The translations under genes and the position numbers were made by a program. Positions 36,361 through 49,340 of a stretch of 64,000 nt of DNA are shown piece by piece. The first letter of the stretch is position 1, and the number at the start of each line of letters is the position of its first letter. A model generated the notes under the pieces. That model saw nothing but the letters and a program-made list of their open reading frames with translations. It was not told the DNA's origin and did no database searches. The DNA is from Chiloscyllium plagiosum (Eukaryota), in contig NC_057720.1 of NCBI RefSeq assembly GCF_004010195.1, positions 34,837,992-34,901,991 on the forward strand, given 5' to 3'.

Positions 36361-38024
36361 CAGTCTGATAAGTAGTACAATAAAAAAAGTTGTTAGTTGC
36401 ACTTTCCCTTCATAGCTCAGTCAAAGCATGAACCATCTTTTTAATTAAACAGTAAGATTTGTGACCTCATAAATATTTTGACGATTGAAGGTGAGCTTCT
36501 CTTCTAAACAATGTAAATGTTGCAAGTAATCTGAATGAAGAAGAAGAATTGTCATTATCTAGATAGCTCCCTGAGCCACGATATGTATTTGTAAGTAGAA
36601 TAACAACTGTGTACAAACATACAAGCAGGGAAAAGGAACAAAAGGGTTTTCCTTTTGGAATCCTCCTTCCCCTCCATGCACAGGCCACCCCATCCTCCTC
36701 AAAAACTGCAAGCTATAGACAAAGGTATCCTTGAAGATAAACTGAAACCCACAAACACACACAAAAGTACCAAGTTGCGAGATTAGTGTAGCAACAGTAG
36801 TCAGGAAGGCTAATCAGAGTCTTTTTTTTCTGATTTAGGTGATTAACAATTGAAAATTGGGACCATTTTCAAGAAAGTATTAAATTAATCTTGGCTCTAA
36901 AAGGCCTGTCCTTGCTAAATTAAATGGATGATTAGAAACAGGCCAAACATTTTTGGGTAAGCATACACATGTATCTTTGCACACAATTGGTAGTCTGTTT
37001 CTAAACAGTGGATGTCCAATCAATTGGGCAATTGCTTTAAGAGAATTAATCACAGCGCTACTTGAACAGCTGTGATAAAAGTTGGTACAATATACAAACC
37101 TTATGCGAGGAGAAGGTATTTAGAAATGTTAACAGTCCCAACACACTGAAAGAAATCATACAATTGCTTAAACGTGAATCATTTCATTATGTAATCCCAT
37201 GTATGTCCACTTGCCAAATTCAATTTCTAACACTGTAGCACTCTTACATAGGTTTCATGCAACATTGTTTAAAATATAATTAATAATGAACCTACTATTT
37301 TCTGAATTGAAAATAAATATTCAGAAAGCACACAAATTAATGTTAGAATGCAATGATTTAAGTTAAATGATTATGAAAAAACCCTTTCCTTGTTTACTTG
37401 CTATTCAAAGGAAACATTTCAATTATAACTGCAGTTAAGTTTTTCAAATTTAATTGAATTTAATTTTTGAATCTCTATTGCATTCAGCTGACCTATTAGC
37501 CCAGACCATTCAAGAGGTTAACAGTGATTGAATCTGTACCACAATCCACTCCTTTTTCATTAACATTTAAAACAATTCTGTTCAACATCTTTGTTCCTTT
37601 TGAGCTCAGGTGGCCGAGACACCAAGAGAAAATTGGAAACTATTGGGTGTAACAAAAAGATAGTGTAGGTTTTGATTGGCAGAAATCATTGCAAAGGTCA
37701 TAACAATATTTGCAGAAAAGAAATTTATTGAATAGCATTATTTAGCTATCCTTTCCAGAGAACAGGTCAAGGCAGGAAAGGCAGAAGCAGTCCTAATAAC
37801 TTACTCCATGTTATGAAATTCTTGAATTCTAATCAGTGGGTTGTTAATAGCCAAATGTATCTTGTCATTTGGGATCCAACTAAAATGGGATCATTTTGCT
37901 GCAGTGGATGGGAGAAGGTTATTACTCTAATATTCTGTAGGTCATATAGCAGCCATTAATAAACTCCACCCCAGTTTGAGAAAGTCACTGAGAGGGAAGC
38001 AAGGCTTGTTTACCAGCAGTGTTA

Positions 38025-38345
38025 TGGAAAACAAGGAATGGGAATATGCCGTTCAGCCAAATGAGCAATTCAATTAGGTCATAGGGTCAGAGCTGTACAG
38101 AATGTAAACAGACCATTCAGTCCAACACATCCTTGCTGACCAAATAATTTAATCTAGTCCCAATGGCCAGCATTTGGCCCATATCTCTCTAAACCCTTCC
38201 AATTCATATACCCATCCACATGGTCATGGTAGACCATCTACTGCAATGCCACTTTCCATATTATCTCCATATCTCTTAATGTCATTGTTCTCCAGAGTCA
38301 ATCAGTCTCTGTTTTGAATGTGTACAATGATTGAGCTTCTAAGCC
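38025..38345 (-). mobile_element. Nested CR1 3' tail fragments
   Basis: 38077-38220 matches family A tail; flanks match another CR1 tail. Confidence 0.7.
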
Positions 38346-38404
38346 ATTGCCTTTAATTTGACGCAATCTTTAACTTCTTTTGATATAACTCTTCTCAAGC
38401 CTAC

Positions 38405-38522
38405 ATCTGTCTCAGAACATTAACTCTAGTTGTCTCTCTACACGTGCTGTCAAACCTGTGGAGTTTCTCTAACATTTTCTATTTTTATTTCATATTTCTA
38501 ACATCCCCAGTATTTTCATTTT
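38405..38522 (+). mobile_element. Degenerate hammerhead module (subfamily 2) tail
   Basis: acattaactct...tgctgtcaaacctgtggagtttctctaacattttc resembles 63915-64000. Confidence 0.55.
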
Positions 38523-38629
38523 ACTCAATTTCTATGTTAGCCACAATTGATTTGTCTTTTGCTTCAGATATTTGTTCTTTAGAGGAATGTATGTCTGTTA
38601 TAGATCATGTTGTATTGCTTTAAATTACT

Positions 38630-39620
38630 GCAGAAAGTCAAATTTGAACTGAATGCATAATTCTATCATGTCACGGTCACTATTTCCCAAAGGTTCCTTA
38701 AAAATACAATTATTGATTAGCCCTTTCTCACTGCACAACAGTAAATCTAAACTAGTTCAATCTCTCTTTGGGACCTCAACACACTGTTCCAGAAACCCAT
38801 CTTGCACAGCCTCCAGGAATTCATCCTTCACTGCAACCCAGTCAGTCAGCAAATTACAGTCACTCATTATTACTAAGTCATCCATATTACATTCATCCCT
38901 AATTTCCTGAGCGATACCGTGCTCAATATTCCCATTACAGTTTTGTAGCCCATAAAGAACTCCCACCATGCTTCCTGCTCCTTGCTGTTTCTTAGTTCTA
39001 CCCTTCTTGATCCTTCGAACTGTGACCCTTTCTTGTTAATAAGCTGAACTTGCCCTTTAATCAGGGTCTTACCCCACCTGCTTTTCCTTTTTGCCTATCC
39101 CTCCAAAATGCCAAATAACCTTTATTATTCACGTCCGAATAAGGGTTACTTGTAGTCACATCTTCATAATGGTAATGGAGTCATATGCATTTACCTCAAT
39201 CTTTACATTAAAACAATTGACTTCTTCACAAATGCTATTTGTATTCACATTAAATGCCTTCATCTTTATTTAGAGTCATAGAGATCAACATCACTGAACA
39301 AAGCCCTTCAGCCCATTACATCCATGTTGGCCAAGACATTTTCTTTAATATAATTCTCTATTCTGATCCTATTTGTTGCTTTTCTAATGCTTTTTTTCCT
39401 GACTTCTGTTTTCACTTCCTAATTTACCAGTTGTGCTTCCCTCAATGCTGAGCTCCCTCTCAGATTCCCATCCCACTCTGCAAATCTAGTTCAAACCCTC
39501 CCCAACATCTTCCTGAGAAGGTGTTAGCCCTGGTCATGCTAAGCTGCAGTTCGTCCATCTTGCACTGATTCCACTTCTCCAGAACTGGTCCTGAAGCCTC
39601 AGAAATCTGATGCCTTCCCT
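38630..39620 (-). mobile_element. Degraded CR1 endonuclease and upstream region
   Basis: ORF 38757..38969 VGVLY...VIMSDCNL..DW...FLEAVQDGFLEQCV. Confidence 0.7.
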
Positions 39621-39639
39621 CCCACATCTGTGTTATATT

Positions 39640-41467
39640 TCTGGGAAGCTATGGATTGATTGCTGGGCCCACTGCTGAGATAATGTTTTTCATCAATACA
39701 CACAGGTGAGGTGCCGGAAGACTGGAGGTTGGCTAACGTGGTGCCACTACTTAAGAAAGGTGGTAAGGAAAAGCTAGGAAACTATAGACCAGTGAGCCTG
39801 ACATTGATGGTGAGTAAGTTGTTGGAGGGAATCATGAGGGATTGGATTTATATGTATTTGGAAAGGCAAGGACTTATTAAGGATAGTCAACATGGCTTTG
39901 TGTGTGGGAAATCATGTATCACAAACTTGATTGAGTTTTTTGAAGAAGTAAAAAAGGGGATTGATGAGGGCAGAGTGGTAGATGTGATGTATATGGACTT
40001 AAGTAAGGCATTCGACAAGAATCCTCATGGTTAGATCTCATGGAATACAGGGTGAACAAGCCATTTGGATACAGAACTGGCTCAAAGGTAGAAGACAGAG
40101 GGTGGTAGTGAAGGGTTGCTTTTCAGACTGGAGGCCTGTGACCAGTGGAGTGCCACAAGGATCAATGCTGAGTCCACTACTCTTTGTCATTTATGTAAAT
40201 GACTTGGATGTGAACATAGAAGGTATGGTTAGTAAGTTTGCAGATGACACCAAAATTGGAGGTGTAATAAACAGCGAAGAGGGTTACCTCAGAGTACAAC
40301 AGGATCTTGATCAGACAGGCCAATGGGCTGATGAGTGACGTATGGAGTTTAATTTAGATAAATTGAGGTGCTGCATTTTGGAAAAGCAAATCAGAGCAGG
40401 ACTTATGCACTGAATGATAAGGTATTGGAGAGACTTAATGAACAAAGAGACCTTAGAGTTTAGGTTCATAGCTCCTTGAAAGTAGAGTCACAGGTAGAGA
40501 GGATATTGAGGAATGGTTTTGGTATGCTTTCCTCTATTAGTCATAACATTGAGTATAGGAGTTGGGAGGTCATGTTGCGGCTGTACAGAACATTAGTGAG
40601 TCCAGTGTTAGAATATTGCGTGCAATTTTGGTCTCCTTCCTATTGAAAGGATACTATGAAACTTGAAGAGGTTCAGAAAAAATTTACAAGGATGTTGCCA
40701 AGGCTGGAGGTTTTGAGTTATAGGGAGAGGCTGAATAGGCTGGGGCTATTTTCCCTGGAGCATGTGAGGTCGAGGGGTGACATTATAGAGGTTTTCAAAA
40801 TTGTGAGGGGCATGCATAGGGTAAATAGACAAGGTCTTTTCTCTGGGGTGGGGCATCCAGAAGTAGTGGGCATAGGTTTAGGGTGAGAGGGGAAAGATAT
40901 AAAAGGGACCTAAGGGGCAACTTTGCAGAGGGTGGTTGCATGTAAGGGATAAGGTGCCAGAGGAAGTGGTTGAGGCTGCTACAATTACAGCATTTAAAAG
41001 GCATCTGGATAGGTATATGAATATTGTGGGCGGCACGGTGGCACAGTGGTTAGCACTGCTGCCTCATAGCGCCAGAGACCCGGGTTCAATTCCCGCCTCA
41101 GGCGACGGACTGTGTGGAGTTTGCACGTTCTCCCCGTGTCTGCATGGGTTTCCTCCGGGTGCTCCGGTTTCCTCCCACAGTCCAAAGATGTGCAGGTCAG
41201 ATGAATTGGCCATGCTAAATTGCCCGTAGTGTTAGGTATGGGCGGGTTGCGCTTCGGCGGGGCGGTGTGGACTTGTTGGGCCGAAGGGCCTGTTTCCACA
41301 CTGTAAGTAATCTAATCTAATCTAATCTAATAGGAAAGATTTGGAGGGATATGGGCAGGGTGCTGGCAAGTGAGACTAGATTAGATTGGGATATCTGGTC
41401 GGCATAAACGAGTTGGAGCAAAGGGTTTGTTTCTGTGCTGTATATCTCTGTGACTCTATGATTCTAA
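39640..41467 (+). mobile_element. CR1 family A RT and 3' end with SINE insertion
   Basis: ORFs 39711..40034 (PEDWRLANV, NYRPVSL), 40027..40338 (FADD), 40656..40886. Confidence 0.95.
41028..41331 (+). mobile_element. HE1-like V-SINE, young copy inserted in CR1 tail
   Basis: Intact head and core, (taatc)n tail; interrupts atatgaata|ggaa. Confidence 0.95.
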
Positions 41468-41558
41468 ATGGGACTAGATTAGGTTAGGATATCTGGTTGG
41501 CATGGATGAGTTGGACTGAAGGGACTGTTTCTATGCTGTACATCTCTATGACTCTAAA
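41468..41558 (+). mobile_element. Second CR1 family A terminal ~90 bp in tandem
   Basis: Diverged repeat of 41371-41467. Confidence 0.85.
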
Positions 41559-41892
41559 TCACTCAATTCTTCGTTTTGTATGGTCGACTACATGAACACT
41601 TGTCTGCATGTTGTAGTGACCCCATTCAGCACCAGTGAAGTGCCAATGCAGTGAGAGGGTCATTTGAAAATTAACTAAAGCCACGATGAAGCCACACTCT
41701 AAAGTTTCCATTATTGGGATTATACTCTGCCTCCTGCTGATAACTTGCCACCTCCCAGCCCATCTCCAAGTAGCTGATAAAATTTAGCCCCATAATTTCA
41801 GTCTTACCAATGTTTAACGATCTGACAACACAGCAGCAGTGTAGTGAACAAGACAGGTGCTACAGGTAAAACTGAAAATTCCAAACTAATTG

Positions 41893-42513
41893 GAGTCATA
41901 GAGTCATAGAGATGTACAGCAGAGAAACAAACCTTTTGGTTCAAATAGTCTGTGCTGACCAGATATTCTAACCTATACTAGTACCATTTACCAGCACCCA
42001 ACCCATATCCCTATGAACCCTTCCTATTCATCTACCCATTCAGATGCCTTTTAAATATCGTATTTTACCAGCCTCCACCACTTCCTCTGGCAGCTCATTC
42101 CATACACGCACCACCCTCTGCATGGAAAGGTTGCCCCTTAAGTCCCTTTTAAATCTTTCTCCTCTCACCCTAAACCTATGCCTTCCAGTTCTGGACTCCT
42201 CACCCCATGGAAAAGATCTTGGCTATTTACCCGATCCATGCCTCTCATGATTTTATAAACCTCTATAAATCACCCCTCAGCCTCCAACACTCCAGGAAAA
42301 ACAGCCCCAGTCTATTCAGTCGCTCCCTGCAGCTCAAATCTTCCAACACTGACAACATCCTTGTAAATCTTTTCTGAACCCTTTCATGTTTCACAGCATC
42401 CTTCTGATAAGAGGGAGACCAGAATTACACACAATATTCCAAAAGTGGTCTAACCAATGTCCTGCACAGCTTCAACATAACCTCCCAACTCCTTTAATCA
42501 ATGCTCTGACCAA
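41893..42513 (-). mobile_element. CR1 family A 3' end
   Basis: gagtcatagagtcataga tail; colinear with 7098-7710. Confidence 0.93.
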
Positions 42514-42520
42514 AACACAA

Positions 42521-42725
42521 GTAATCCAAGATGGAGGACGGAAAACGTTGTGGCTGTAGGAGCTGTTCCTTTTTTGAGATATTGTAGGTGTTGGAAGTGA
42601 TTTCCTCAAATTCCAGGAGCAGCAATTACTGTTTTATATACTGTTGCATTGTTTTGGGACTCAGGAGGAGAAAAGATCAAAACAGCGACACTTTAAAAAG
42701 AGGAAGACAGACAAAGGCAGCGACC
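42521..42725 (+). mobile_element. Putative CR1 5' leader, inverted relative to the adjacent 3' end
   Basis: gtaatccaagatggaggacgg...; homologous to 26069 and to reverse complement of 900-1103. Confidence 0.65.
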
Positions 42726-42732
42726 ATTTGGT

Positions 42733-43420
42733 CAGTCATTGAGCTGTACAATACAGAAACAGACCCTTCAATCCATCTTGTCCATGTCAACCAAATATTC
42801 TAAATTAATTTAGTCCCATTTCCCAGCATTTGATCTATATCCCTCTAAACACTTGCTATTCAGATACCCATCCAGATAACTTTTCAATGTTGTAACTGTA
42901 CCAGGTAAAAACAATGACTGCAGATGCTGGAAACCAGATTCTGGATTAGGGGTGCTGGAAAAGCATAGCAGTTCAGGCAGCATCCGAGGAGCAGTAGAAT
43001 TGACGTTTCGGGCAAAAGTGCTTCATCAGGAATAACTGTAACTGTACCAGCCTCCACCACTTCCTCTGGCAGCTCATTCCATACAAGCACCACCCTCTGC
43101 ATGAAAAAGCTGCCCCTTGGGTCCCTTTTAAATCATTCCCCTCTTAATTAAACCTATTGCCTCTAGTTTTGGACACCCCTACCCTGTTCCTATTCATGCC
43201 CCCCATGATTTTATAAACCTCCGTAAGGTCATCCCGAAGCCCCATCCTGTTCAGCCTTTCCCTATAACTCAAACCTTCCAACCCTGGAAATATCCTTGTA
43301 AATCTTTTTTGCACATCTTTCCTATCGCAGAGAGACCAGAATTGAATGCAGTATTGCAGAAGTGGCCTGAGCAATGTCCTGTACATGACCTCCCCACGCC
43401 TCTACTTAATGCTCTGACCA
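42733..43420 (-). mobile_element. CR1 family A 3' end interrupted by a hammerhead module
   Basis: ORF 43144..43386 RPLLQYCIQFWS. Confidence 0.9.
42905..43036 (-). mobile_element. Hammerhead module (subfamily 1), single arm
   Basis: Minus-strand ctgatgaagcacttttgcccgaaacgtc at 43002-43029; 14-bp TSD tgtaactgtaccag at 42891-42904 and 43037-43050. Confidence 0.9.
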
Positions 43421-43859
43421 GTAGAGATGGAAGCTGAAACTATGGGCTAAAAGCCCTTAGTAAGCAGGTTGGGGATTTACAAACCATGAAATCATGACCC
43501 CAAGTTGCTGTGTACTCACTTGACACTGTTTTGACAGCAGCAAGTTGTGACCCATCCATGTGTTCCAAGACAGAAAGGTGAAACGTCATTCTAATATTTA
43601 TATGATTTGGGAAATTGGGTATTTGGGAAAATTTAACAGTTGCCAGAAAAGTTGGCCAGCACTGGGAAGTCCAGCAGCTAACCAGAGGTGGGAGCCACAG
43701 AAGGTAAGTTCTTTTTGGAGCACGGCTTGTGAGCGAGGAGGAGCAGCAGTGCTCCCTTGGCCATCAAGCAAGCTTTCTGACTATCACCACCCTCTTTTCT
43801 GGAGTCCAGCAAACACCCCCTTGAACTCTTGAATGTGGTTGCCTGCCCCAACCCCTTCA

Positions 43860-45910
43860 ACAAAAAACAAAGAACTGCAGATGCTGGAAATCAGGAATGA
43901 AAAGAGAGATTGCTGCGAAATCTCAGCTGGTCTGGCAGCAATTGTGGAAAGAAAGCAAAGTTAACTTTTTGGGTCCAGTGACCTTTCTTCAAATCTGATT
44001 GTAGCTAGGAAAAGGGTGATATACATGCTGAAGATGGGTGAGGAGGAGGGTTAGAGTAAACAAGAGGTGGAGATGGAACCCAGAGAGAGAACAGCAGTTA
44101 GATAGACAAAGGAGTGGGTAAAGAGTCATCCTGGGAGAATGAATAGCTACTATTGGAGACCATAAGTAGCTGTCAATGGATTGGCTGTGGTAGCAGCCAA
44201 TATGATGACAAGATCTGGTGTGTGGGAATTGGGGTAAGGACATGGGAGGTGTTCAGGCTCTAAGATTATTGACCCCAATATTGAGTCGAGAAGGCTGCAG
44301 AATTCCTAAGTGGAAAATGAAGTGTTGTTCTTCTAGTTTGCACTGAGCTTCACTGGAGCACTGCAGCCAGTCTGAGACAGAGATGTTGATCAGGGAACAT
44401 GGTAGTGTGTTGAACTGGCAGGCAGCAGGAAGCTCAGGGTAATTTTTTGTGCACAGAATGTAGGTGTGCCTCCAAACGGTCACACTTCATCTCCCTAATG
44501 TAGAGGAGACCACACTGTGAGCAGGGACTACAGTAGGTGAGATTGAGAGAGCTGCAGGTGAATCACTGCTTCATATGGAAGATGTGTCTGGGACCTTGGC
44601 TAGTGAGGATGGAGCAAATAAATGGGCAGGTATTACACTTCCTGTGATTGCAGGGGAAGTTGTATTGGGGGTGTGAGGTGATAAGCAGGTCAAGCAGCAT
44701 TCGAGGAACAGGAGAATTGACGTTTCAGGCATAAGCCCTTCATCAGCTTATGCCTGAAAATTTGATTCTCCTGTTCCTTAGATGCTGCCTGACCTGCTGT
44801 GCTTTTCCAGCACCACACTCTTGACTCTGATCTCCAGCATCTGCAGTCCTCACTTTCTCCCGGTGTGAGATGGTGTTGGGAATGGAGGAGAAGTGTACTT
44901 GAGTGTCCCAGAGTGAACAGTCCCTGTGGAAGGCTAACAAGGGAGGGTCAGGATGTGTGTTTGGTGGTGACATCCCATACAGTAGAAATGGTGGCTAATG
45001 ATCCTTTGGATGTGGATGCTGGTGGGTTGGTAAGTGAGAACTGCAGGACCCTATTAGAGAAGAAAAGGTGTGAGGACTAAAGTTCAGGAGATGGATTGGA
45101 CATAGCTAATGGCCCTGTTTACCTTGATTGAGAAAGAAGGTGAACATTTCAGAGGGGCCTTTGTCGAAACTGCCATCAATGGCGCAGATATAATGAAGAC
45201 AGAGAAACTGAAAAAATGGAATAGAGTCTTTACAGGAAATAGAGTGTGTGGGTGTTTAGTGGGAGTTGATGGATTTGATGTGGACATTGGTGGCCAGTCT
45301 ATCCCCAGGAATGAAAACAGAGATGTTGAGGAAGGGAAGGGAGGAGTCAGAGGTGGATCAGGTGCAGGTGAGGGAAGGGCGGAAATTCGAAGCTAAATTG
45401 AGAAATGTTTCCAATTTCAGATGAGATAGGGAAGCAGCATCAACAATTTCATCAATACACTGGAGGAGGAGTTGTGGGGAGGGGCCCGAGTAAGTCTGAG
45501 CAAGGAATATTCTATATACCCCATGGAGAAACCGGCATATGTGGGGTCCATGTGGGTACCCAAGGTCACATCTTTGATCTGAAGAAAGTGAGAGGAGTTA
45601 AAGAAGAACATGTTCAGATTGAGCAGAAGCTTAGCCAAGCAGAGGAGGATGGTGGTGGAACAGAAACTCCATCTCTTTCTATTTCAACTCAGTTGTTTCT
45701 CCCCTCATCTATTCCTTTTCTATTTATATCCATGATTCTTCAGGCTCCAGCCACCTCCTCTTCTCCATGGACATGCAATCCCTTTACGCATCCATCCCTC
45801 ATCAGGATAGTCTTCAGGCTCTCTGATTCTTCTTGGAGAAAAGGTCTGGACCATCCACATCCAACTGCCAATCTCTAACTCCCTCCATCCCTATCACCGG
45901 CCTCTGCCAT
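43860..45910 (-). mobile_element. Penelope-like element (Neptune type): RT, GIY-YIG and 3' hammerhead module (subfamily 2)
   Basis: ORF 45417..45638 HFLQIKDVTLGTHMDPTYA (decayed Q..G.AMG..P.YA); ORF 44253..44483 KLEEQHFIFHLGILQP; terminal module 43860-43995. Confidence 0.88.
44684..44860. mobile_element. Fold-back hammerhead module (subfamily 1) inserted inside the PLE
   Basis: Minus-strand core CTGATGA-A-GGGC-TTAT-GCCT-GAAAC-GTC at 44719-44746; ggtgtgag repeated at 44670-44677 and 44862-44869. Confidence 0.88.
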
Positions 45911-46210
45911 CTGAGACAGGTGAAATGTGAAATGGTATGACTAGGCTCGGGGAAGAGCCAAGAGATAATAGTTCAATGGGGATAGAATTAATAGGTTTTA
46001 ACTTGGAAAGCTGCCAAAAGTGCACAGAGGGAATTCAGGGCACATAGATTTGGCAATTTTTATAAGATACATGTCTTGATCATAAGCAGAGAACAGGGAA
46101 GAGAAATGAAAAGTGAAGTGGAAGAGAGCCCATGATGAGATGAAGTTAAAGACAGGGAATAATCAGCTGGAGGCATAGATGAATCAATTACAGGGATCAA
46201 AGAAGTTTTC

Positions 46211-46312
46211 AGTTCTGAGGAAGAGCCATATGAGACTCGAAATGCTAATTTTGTTTTGGTTTCCTCAGATGCTGCCTGATCTGCTGAATTTCTCCAGCAC
46301 TTTCTGTTTCCA
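46211..46312 (+). mobile_element. Hammerhead module variant, degenerate
   Basis: agttctgaggaagagccatatgagactcgaaatgctaa...gatgctgcctgatctgctga. Confidence 0.7.
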
Positions 46313-46524
46313 TTCTGTCAATTTTGTACATACTTTGGATGTAAATTCAGAAATTGCTTGGCTCAGTTGCTAAGTGGTAAATTAAAAGTAAAGGAGAAGT
46401 GTAGTGTTGATTGTGAGTAAGTATGAAAATCCAGTCAAGGTCCAATTAGGCACTAGCAGATCAAGTACACAAGCACAGCAATGACGAGCAGTGAAAGTGA
46501 AATCCAAGGTCCAGGAATAAAGAA

Positions 46525-46925
46525 AGACAGACTTTTACTTATGTAGCACCTTCCACAAACACCAGCCATCTTGAAGTGTGTTATGAAGAATTAATTACTC
46601 TTGAAGTGCAGTCATATTTTAAAATTTTGGCAGCTCATCACCTAAAGTTTTCATAGTAAACACCCACAAACACCAAAAATCTGTTTGTGACTTTGATGGA
46701 GGGATAAATGTTGGCTAAAACACAGAGAATAACTCCTCGGTTCCTCTTCGAGATTATATCATAGAATCTTTAGCTCCCATCCAAAATAGCAGTTTGATGT
46801 TTCCTTTTAAAGATAGTATCTCCCACAATGCAGCTCAGGAGCATCCGCCTTAACATTATCCTGGAGCATGACCATAATCATCTGACTCAGGTGAGAGTGT
46901 CACCAACAGAATCATGATTGTCACT
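46525..46925 (-). mobile_element. DeuSINE (SacSINE1-like), old copy
   Basis: gagggataaatgttggc...gagaataactcctc..ctcttcg Deu-like core; tctgactcag.tgagagtg.caccaac tRNA head on reverse strand; recognised from memory. Confidence 0.7.
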
Positions 46926-47104
46926 CAGAAAGGAAAGAAAGTGTCAGTGGTAGTGAAAGGTAAATTCACAGGGTCAGTTCAGATGAGGAGGTTGGTGTAC
47001 AGTACATGAGAACACTTGGTCAAGAATGACAACACGAAGTTGATGAGCCAGTGAATGTGTTTTAGAGGGCGTCAATGATCATTCTGTGGAGTGAATTAGG
47101 AAGT

Positions 47105-47895
47105 AGTCTAGGTCCAAATACAGCAAGATAGGTTTGAGCTGGCAAGTAGCAAGTAACATTCATGCCAAACAAATACCAGGCAATGACTGTCTCCAATAAG
47201 ACAAAGTCTAACCATTAACGCTTGAAATTCAATAGCATTGCAATCATTATCAACATCCTGGAATTATTATTGACCAGAAATGAAATGGGACGAGCCACGT
47301 AACTCTGTAGCAACAAATGTAGGTCAGAAGTTTGGAATCCTGCGGAGGAATCACTTCCTGATTCCACAAAGCCTGTTCATCATCTACAGTCACAAGTGAG
47401 GAGTAGATGGAATTCTCCCCACTGACATGAATGGTTGCAACTGCAGCAACACTGAAGAAGCTTGACATCATTCAGGACAAAGCAACCCACTTGATAGGTC
47501 AGCATCTACAGATAGTCAGTCCCTCCACCATTACTGCACAATGTACCATCTACAACTTGCACTGCAGAAATTTACAAGACGTCTTATACTGCATGCTCCC
47601 AACACACAACCTTTACTATCTAGAAGGACAAGTGCACAGATACTATGGGAACATCACTATATTCAAATTTCCCTCCAACCCCCTCACCATCTAGACTTAG
47701 AAATATATTGCCACTCTTTCAGTGTTGCCAGATTAAGATCCTGAAACTGCCTCAGGACCAACATTGTGGATTGTACAGCACCAAATAGCCTGCAGTGACT
47801 CAAGAAGATAACTCACCATTCCTTTCTCAAAGGCAACTAAGGATGAGCAATAAATGCTGGTCCAGCCAGAAACACGCACATCCTATGAATGAATA
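47105..47895 (+). mobile_element. CR1/L2-superfamily LINE 3' end (distinct old family)
   Basis: QVTFMPNKYQAMTVS...TLKKLDIIQDKATHLIG; tail atgaatgaat; related tail fragments at ~6180-6225 and ~34610-34680 on minus. Confidence 0.75.
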
Positions 47896-48849
47896 CGAAA
47901 ACAGGAACCGCCAGAAGTAGATCAGTGCACAATGAACAATATCTAGCAGAGAACCGGAAACTAGACCCAAAAAAGTATTCTGGATGTAAAAAGGAGATAG
48001 TTCACCTGTTCTATTTTCCATACTTGGCTGATAGCTCAGGTCATTAAAATGATTAGATCAACAGAGGAATTGATGAGGAAAGTGAATTGTTGACGTTTCT
48101 TGACTGACACCTTTAAGTGGTTACAACACGTTAATATTTCTGTGATATTTTCATAAATACCTCAATTTTTATTGGAACAAAATTAAAAAGTACCATCTGT
48201 TGTTGAGACTTTAAAGGACTATTGGACGATAACTTTTATAGGATTGTAAGAGATTTTTTCAAAGAACACCTCTAAATTAACATTTCTGCTCTCAGCTTGC
48301 CATTGTTATTACGCAATTATTGTTTATGTAATAGTGCCCCAGACTGAATGAAATGGCATTGACAGACATGATGTGGCTTTGAGTTGGCATGAAAAGTATG
48401 GGGTCTGTGGGGAATTGTTAGGTACCTTGAATTGGCATGGAGATGGGAAGTATAAGGGGACATAAGAAGTGGCAAGGTGGGTATGATTTAGCATTGGGTT
48501 GGTGTAGAGAGTATGAGAGCTCATAGGGACTGGTAGGATCTGTGAAGTGCTGTAAGGGACAAGGACTAAAGGGCATTATGGAACAAAGTCCCATCTAACC
48601 AGCCCACCTTGGCACTTGCTCCTATGGCACCTAAGACCTGTTTTCAGAGTTAGAGGTTCTTCCCCCATACCAAAATAGCTCCTGCCAAACCAAAATTTAT
48701 GTGAGGAGCCACTTTAAACTGAGGCAGGTCTGCTGAATCAGGGACAATCGCGGGTCGAGATACCCAGCTTGGTAAGTGAAAATCTGACTTTGGATGTCAG
48801 AAAAGGAACTGACAATTACCTGTCCAACAGTGAGCAGTCCACTCTCATA

Positions 48850-49340
48850 CTGTTCACCCCACCTCTCCCATAATGTTTAGCCCAAGTAATCTGTTAATTT
48901 AGCAACAGTAGAGGAGTCATGAGATGTTGTAGTATTAGAGCTGAGTGACATGCATGTGAAAAATAATGCCATGTATTGCATGATGTCACCAAAGGGCAGC
49001 ACATCAATGAAAAATAGGACAGGGCCAAGGATAGGTCCATGGGAGCACCAAAGGTAAAGAGATGGATAAGGAATGAGATAACATTACAAATTATTCTCCT
49101 GCTATAATTAAATTAATAAGAATGGATGTGAGACCAGTCCCATTCAACAGAAGGCAGAGAAATGTTGAAGGAGGATGGTGCGACCAACTCTGTCAGTATT
49201 TGGAGACAGGTCAAGAAGGGGGAGGAATAAAAGATTACCTTTGTCACTGCCGATTTAGAGTTATTTATGACCTTGATATGAGTTGGTTTGGTCCTGTGGA
49301 CTGTGGCAGGGACAGAAATCCTAGTTTCAATCATACTGCT
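48850..49340 (-). mobile_element. Degraded L2 LINE RT fragment
   Basis: Reverse complement gives decayed GVPQGS.LGP.LF...LPLGDI and FH.YADDTQL regions. Confidence 0.6.
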
